Assembly (NCBI GenBank): GCA_045577885.1
Contig: JAZNJF010000508.1
Location: 1 to 59,446, forward strand
Length of the DNA stretch: 59,446 nt
Reading direction: 5' to 3'
Source of the DNA: Thermoguttaceae bacterium
Lineage (GTDB): Bacteria; Planctomycetota; Planctomycetia; Pirellulales; Thermoguttaceae
The position numbers and the translations under genes were made by a program. Numbering within the stretch: the first letter of the stretch is position 1; each line of letters opens with the position of its first letter. The notes under the pieces were generated by a model. It saw nothing but the letters and a program-made list of their open reading frames with translations, ran no database searches and was not told the origin of the DNA. This document shows positions 56,801-59,446 of the stretch, piece by piece.

Positions 56801-59446
56801 GTTCGTCGCGGTAAGAGCGCCGCCGATAGCGACGTCGCCGTTCGCGGAGATCGCGCCGCCGTTGGCCGCTTTGTTGTCGTTCGCGGTCAACGCGCCGCCG
56901 ATTTCGACGTTTTGCGTCGCCGCGATCGCGCCGCCCGCGCCCGCCGCCGTATTGCCGGTCAGCGTCGCGTCGAGTTCGACCGAAACGCCCGCGCCGGAGA
57001 GGATCGCGCCGCCGACCGTCGCCGCGTTGTTCGTCGCGGTCAAGGAACCGCCGAGCGTAACCGCGCCGTTCGCCGCGAGAGCGCCGCCGACTTGCGCCGC
57101 TTCGTTGCCGGTCAAGATCGCGTCGCCGCCGACCGTCAAGGAACCGACCGCGGAGATCGCGCCGCCGGAACCGGTCGCCTTGTTGTTTTCAGCCGTCAAA
57201 GCGCCGTCGATTTGGACGTCGGCTCGCGAAAGAATCGCGCCGCCGTTCGCGCCTTCGTTTCCGGTCAAAGTCGCGTCGCCGCCGACGGTAAGCGAGCCGT
57301 TGGCGTAAATCGCGCCGCCGTTTTCGGTCGATTTGTTGTTCGTCGCCGTCAACGCGCCGCCGATAGCGACGCCTTCGGTCTTCGAAATCAACGCGCCGCC
57401 GTCTTTACCGGCTTCGTTTCCGGTCAAGGTCGCGTCGCCGCCGACGGTAATCGCGTCGTTGGCGAAGACCGCGCCGCCGTAACCCGCCGCCTTATTGTTT
57501 TCGGCGGTCAAGGCTCCGACGACGTCGAACGCGCCGTTCGCCGCGATCGCGCCGCCGTGTCCGACCGTCGCGATCAGCGTTTCGCTCGTCGTTTCAGTCG
57601 TCGCTTCGCCTTCGACCGGGGTCGTAACGACCGTCGTTTCGGTAGTCGTCGTCGCGTCTTTCGCTTCGTTGTTCGCAAGGGTCGCGGAACCGCCGAACGA
57701 GACTACGCCGCCCGCGTAAACCGCGCCGCCGTAACCCGCCGAGGAGTTGCCGGTAATCGTCGCGTCGCCGCCGACCGAAACGTCGCCGTTCGGCGCGGCG
57801 ATAGCGCCGCCGAAGCCGTCGGTCGCGAACGTCTTGACCGTCGTTTCGACGACCGTTCCGTCTTCGAGCGTCGTCGTTTCGACCGTCGAGCCGATTTCGA
57901 CGGTTTGCGCGCCCGCTTTGTTGTCCGAAGCGTTCAGGACGCCGGCAATTTCGACCGCGCCGTCCTTCGCGTAAATCGCGCCGCCGGAGAACGCCGCTTC
58001 GTTGCCGGTCAGCGTCGCGTCCGCGCCGACCGTAACGTCGCCGCCGACCGCGACCGCGCCGCCGAAACCGTCCGCCGTATTGTCGGAAGCGGTCAACGCG
58101 CCGACGATTTCGAGCGAACCGTTCGTCGAAATCGCGCCGCCCGCCGCGCCCGCTTCGTTGCCGGTCAAGATCGCGGAAGCGCCGAGCGAGACGGAACCGA
58201 GCGCGACGACCGCGCCGCCGGATTCGCCCGCCGCGTTGTTCGCGAAGGTCGCGTCGCCGCCGACGGAGAGGGAACCGTCGGTCGCGATAGCGCCGCCGGA
58301 GAGCGCCGCCGAGTTGTTTTCGAGCGTCGCCGCGCCGGTAATAACGACGTCTTGGACCGCCGCGATCGCGCCGCCGGAGCCTTGCGCCGAGTTGCCGGTC
58401 AAGGTCGCGCCGCCGCCGACGGAGACGCCCGCGTTCGTCGCGATAACGCCGCCCGCGAGGGTCGTCGCGGCGTTGTTCGTCGCGGTCAAGGAACCGCCGA
58501 TTTCAACCGCGCCGGTCGCGTAAATCGCGCCGCCGGTCGCCGCCGAGTTGTCGGAAGCGGTCAAGGAACCGTCGATAGCGACGGTTTGAGCCGCGATCGC
58601 GCCGCCCGCGCCGCCCGCGGTATTGCCGGTCAAGGTCGCGTCGCCGACGACCGAGAGGCCCGAACCCGCGAGAATCGCGCCGCCGGAACCGACCGCTTTG
58701 TTGTTCGTCGCGGTCAAGGAACCGCCGAACGCAACCGCGCCGTTCGCCGCGACCGCGCCGCCGGAAGCGCCCGCTTCGTTGCCGACGAAGGTAGCGTCGC
58801 CGCCGACCGTCAAGGAGCCAACCGCGGCGACAACGGCGCCGGAAGCGGTCGCTTTGTTGCTTTCCGCCGTCAACGCGCCGCCGATTTCAACGTCGCCGAG
58901 CGACAGAATCGCGCCGGTCGTCGATTCGTTGCTCGTCAGCGTCGCGTCGCCGACGACGTCGACCGTCGAACCGGAGATAATCGCGCCTTCCGTCGCCTTA
59001 TTGCTCGTCGCGGCGAGAGCGCCGCCGAATTCAACCGCGTCCGTCGCGAGAACCGCGCCCGTCGTCGATTCGTTGCTCGTCAGCGTCGCGTCGCCGACGA
59101 CGTCGACCGTCGAACCGGAAATAATCGCGCCTTCCGTCGCCTTATTGCCCGTCGCGGCGAGGGTCGCGCCGAACGTAATCGCGTCGGTCGCCGTCAAAAC
59201 GCCCGTCGTCGATTCGTTGCTTTCGAGCGTCGCCGCCCCGACGACGTTGATCGTCGAGCCGGAAACGACCGAACCGGCCGTCGCTTTGTTGCTCGTCGCG
59301 GTAAGCGCGCCGCCGAATTCGACCGCGTCGGTCGCGAGAATCGCGCCCGTCGTCGATTCGTTGCTCATCAGCGTCGCGTCGCCGACGACGTCGACCGTCG
59401 AACCGGAAATAATCGCGCCTTCCGTCGCCTTATTGCCCGTCGCGGC
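47849..59446 (-). CDS. Giant extracellular repeat protein (Pmp-type GGAI beta-helix repeats, CSLREA-like motifs, CARDB-like, cadherin-like, Fn3- and PKD-like C-terminal domains). The N-terminus lies beyond the window end.
   Basis: The frame is open from the TGA at 47849 to the window edge. The 26 codons upstream of the track's Met (AATGNKATEGAIISGSTVDVVGDATL) continue the repeat pattern. There are dozens of GGAIYA/GGAIAA motifs, four D(M)GA(F/Y/L)E(Y/F/E)Q module ends, several (I/T)SLREA(I/V) motifs, and WGDGTE near the C-terminus. Confidence 0.85.
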   Translation of the reverse strand, partial: AATGNKATEGAIISGSTVDVVGDATLMSNESTTGAILATDAVEFGGALTATSNKATAGSVVSGSTINVVGAATLESNESTTGVLTATDAITFGATLAATGNKATEGAIISGSTVDVVGDATLTSNESTTGAVLATDAVEFGGALAATSNKATEGAIISGSTVDVVGDATLTSNESTTGAILSLGDVEIGGALTAESNKATASGAVVAAVGSLTVGGDATFVGNEAGASGGAVAANGAVAFGGSLTATNNKAVGSGGAILAGSGLSVVGDATLTGNTAGGAGGAIAAQTVAIDGSLTASDNSAATGGAIYATGAVEIGGSLTATNNAATTLAGGVIATNAGVSVGGGATLTGNSAQGSGGAIAAVQDVVITGAATLENNSAALSGGAIATDGSLSVGGDATFANNAAGESGGAVVALGSVSLGASAILTGNEAGAAGGAISTNGSLEIVGALTASDNTADGFGGAVAVGGDVTVGADATLTGNEAAFSGGAIYAKDGAVEIAGVLNASDNKAGAQTVEIGSTVETTTLEDGTVVETTVKTFATDGFGGAIAAPNGDVSVGGDATITGNSSAGYGGAVYAGGVVSFGGSATLANNEAKDATTTTETTVVTTPVEGEATTETTSETLIATVGHGGAIAANGAFDVVGALTAENNKAAGYGGAVFANDAITVGGDATLTGNEAGKDGGALISKTEGVAIGGALTATNNKSTENGGAIYANGSLTVGGDATLTGNEGANGGAILSRADVQIDGALTAENNKATGSGGAISAVGSLTVGGDAILTGNEAAQVGGALAANGAVTLGGSLTATNNAATVGGAILSGAGVSVELDATLTGNTAAGAGGAIAATQNVEIGGALTANDNKAANGGAISANGDVAIGGALTATNNEATGTAGGVIVSGASVSVGGDATLSGNTAAGSGGAIAALENVVIVGAAKAENNAAGLSGGAIAADGSVEIGGDATFANNAAQAAGGAVVALGDVALGGSATLTGNSAGEAGGAISANGSLEIVGALTASDNTSGGFGGAVAVGGAVEIGGDATASGNEAKFSGGAIYAKDGDVAIVGALTASDNKAGAQVLETETTETETLEDGTTVVTTVKTTITDGFGGAIAAPKGDLSVGGDAILTGNSSNGRGGAIYAENATFAGNATFENNAANAGSVVVETTVVTTPVEGDATTETTVEETVLLASGGAVYAGAVEIGGSLTAKGNKAANDGGAFNVETLTVDGLAKLTGNSAQGSGGAIYASTVALKDGALLTDNVAGVSGGAVYANALTLVSATVAGNSAANGGALYVGESATLDNTIVAGNKATGETGEGVDVYVATEGTVTLRNSLLQNVEVGAGELVLVEEYRSLLGVDPQFNDDYSLKATSPAINAGSNALAGASDVDLAGASRYVGLTVDGEVYAIDMGAFEYQTVAAPNLTFAENPVNFWYATVDGEKKDYYIFGEDVVLDFSFLNAASTLAEIGSGMVIDKFSVSFVVEGVAANGDTISQTFEYRYQPESDYFDWLSTGDWLDADELVSYARQNLGVLPVGNYSLSISLDVNDEIVERGEEDGSEAANDNVYTTAFEVREAPSTVVTTDKDVVDPTDDLISLREAVEVYAGSYWYSSTIMIGDGAEYVLDDLTHVVVKDGNATVSRDVATLVESQTTLRDGDKFAFGTSYMTFENGVVAYPDGTTATYDGENPLTFEAADGTTYVVKPESAYDYIMNGGQPVSDPNVLTIDVIIMPNGDMIALEHFEQTEFYYGETFATYYELAAVDAEGNAISFAEGATLTVDGKAGVYQNGAVRFEDGSFARLTDGAAIEIDGVAATFVGAAFVLPTGEVVEFVAGETLVCENGSTVAMTQVDEIVTGVLDLENGRRVEFLGDGSANVSTQVGTDVTFAANLDKATIKLESAITVDRDLTIDASDRTNVSVSGANKTNVFVVAEGATATMTSLSIKNAVAQIGAGVANYGTLSLVDVSISGTKATSEADEPFADKILTEGVGAAIYNAGSLSVDGGSFANNVSTFHGGAIYSVGSLAVKNATFEGNVSEYYGGAIYVQDGTATVDSSVFKGNKAQYGGAVATAVSLKAANSIFTENIGTLGGALYAWGPNASIEATQSTLIANVAEQGGAIYVGDATLTLKNSIVATNEATEGATDLALVGSATANVYASLIGVADDCGGTLNFDAGTRSFYGTTENPVDPALDAEGRPTVVSPALNSGSNAFATATDGSALTADAFGADRIIGVDKDGTIYSVDMGALEFQTVAAPDLGFYKEDGSAFLNGQEKPIAGFTLSLSGFGGEGFSNTGDFVEGWDVSFAVGYGNAGNAYCFESFAVELKTVRLDADGNAVAGTETVVTRVFGDESGYFNVEDWLASGEAFVELWNLGAAFEAGQYKLTLTVDAADSVVELDETNNVFETNFAVRERPSLVVTTEQDVVNPYDGETSLREAIANVGPDGSVGMQLNEVLTEGETFVLAENAALGIPAGAVATYADGKITVAVGEETIELAQNVEYALADGTTFVWQEHLGCAVATRGDAIGSAITFAESVYGKTIELTSELTIDRSMTIDGTDANVVVSGANASRIATVARGTVSVFGLTFENGSANLGGAIYNAANLTLTNVSVKNSSATEDGGAIYNALGGELTLTNVEILGAAATNGGAIYNAGNLFGEEVAISGANAAYGAGLYNVGEALFAGVSFVDGVATAQGGAIYNDGGELVVDDASFVGNQAVYGGAVVNYQGVATIVGATFASNKATSSAGAIDNYGELTLNGVSFENNEAAVAGGAIYNSESASTSDAYSVSLSDVVFNGNSATTGGAIYNAKGSVVEATGAVSFSANSAATEGGAIYNAGTATFATDATFSANSAATGGAIYNAGTATLTGAKFDGNVATKDGGAVANVGTFYATTSEFVANEANGLGGAIYNLAGKASLANALVAQNVANEGGAIANAKGATLELRNATIAANVATTAGGVRNLGTLTAYNTIIAANSATTAVDLYSNGSAKLLNSLVGSTEGIGTKPSATNSLLDVDPGFVVAPVFYGDGTLANGAALDLRLVYDSIAVDAGNNAYAKDATGSTTLTTDLADGDRVATKVANVDMGAYEFQFEEPSTVVTTDLDVVDVTDDKISLREAIEYAAQLGESTVSFAEGLATIYLNSTLELDSSITLDASAVGGVVLDACRFVDAASAIEINEGAKVSLVSLTITNSSANARDWLREDNDRPDYSGGAVWNAGEVVLRDATITGNVAAYGGGLYNLGVMRVYNSTIANNVALYYGGVYNRGELYVENSTIAGNEATYSGGGLGNFAAATLVGTAIVGNRAETGAGVLALANASGSQVAPETTLTNCTVAGNVATDAGGGVWANDVLNVVNTIVAGNVAKNAADVYLAGSAKADVRYSLVGASNAKISGVGVVANADPNFVDFAAPTAGSWTANAWKAWNLELAVGSPAIDAGAEKLAVDANGVKLTTDLAGDKRVVGKAIDMGAYEEQGNVAPTGVVVEFNGELTTETLVAGAVVATLTTEDANGDEDVYEYELLGASDYFALDGDKIVATQNVPAGSYELVVRSTDQGGKSVEGTARFVVVNPAAESYAAPTIASVSNESGSALEVFWTTGDPAKEYVVSYRVGDGAWIETNALTGEHGTIEGDFNVGDVVQVRIRAVGAAEKNGSDWSEVETYVVAEPPKAFNVATAGEGALVTLTVDSNFSPVAYWRVVWGDGTETVVNELATQGVFRHVYAASGDYEMKLFVNNDEVGYELGVFEASVASSAVLDALTVETTNVFSALAPVAVANVAPQAEEIAVSAALLADETVAWNEIAESLAVESNVEAGVALVAAPTTRVERAVVFEALGAAFAEFGADEFETVDVDFAVENATNETAFDDAFLSELFGD
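55880..58800 (-). repeat. Large internal duplication in the giant gene (1671-nt offset; approximate bounds)
   Basis: GCGTCGCCGCCGACCGA... at 56091 matches 57762. At protein level, ...TDGFGGAIAAP(N/K)GD(V/L)SVGGDA... and the flanking ~400 aa are collinear in both copies. Confidence 0.75.
58921..59446 (-). repeat. 144-nt (48-codon) tandem repeats at the N-terminal end of the giant gene
   Basis: TCGATTCGTTGCT... recurs at 58921, 59065, 59209 and 59353, an exact 144-nt period. Confidence 0.9.

Overview
This 59.4-kb window looks like bacterial chromosome, with gene content and secretion signals typical of the PVC group (Planctomycetota-like). That taxonomic call is an inference and was not verified. 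Coding density is high, and codon usage is very CpG-rich (NCG and CGN codons, with CGTCG and CGACG everywhere). This removes stop codons from the antisense strands, so the ORF track contains many long Arg-rich antisense ORFs that I treat as artefacts.

Genes I can support:
- A heterodisulfide-reductase-type module: hdrC, hdrB, hdrA, mvhD and two Fe-S subunits. It is interrupted by two genes for secreted proteins.
- Housekeeping genes: argH, serC, ald, purA, rbsK, UDP-glucuronate decarboxylase, tex, a FabH-like KAS III, a pseudouridine synthase and a MoxR ATPase.
- Several Sec- or Tat-exported enzymes.
- A 1344-aa secreted multidomain protein with a C-terminal SUMF1/FGE domain.
- A giant repeat protein of more than 3860 aa, of the Pmp/beta-helix adhesin type, that runs off the window end.

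I recognised no rRNA, tRNA, CRISPR array, transposase or integrase.

The most interesting locus is 32.47-38.97 kb.
- It contains a Ro60-type (TROVE + vWA) gene.
- Upstream lies a 1.4-kb non-coding array of structured repeats. Four modules share a closing-helix, internal-loop, inner-helix architecture, and the closing helix shows compensatory base changes between copies.
- Downstream is a roughly 950-codon reading frame with a TerD-like C-terminus, interrupted by a single in-frame TGA.
- After that come two more copies of a 78-nt stem, bulge, stem element.
- All six RNA modules carry UUACUUC at the 5' edge of their apical loop and end in a U-run on the + strand.

I interpret this as an expanded Y-RNA-like family attached to a Ro60/TerD module. 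This is a hypothesis and needs covariance-model and RNA-seq testing.
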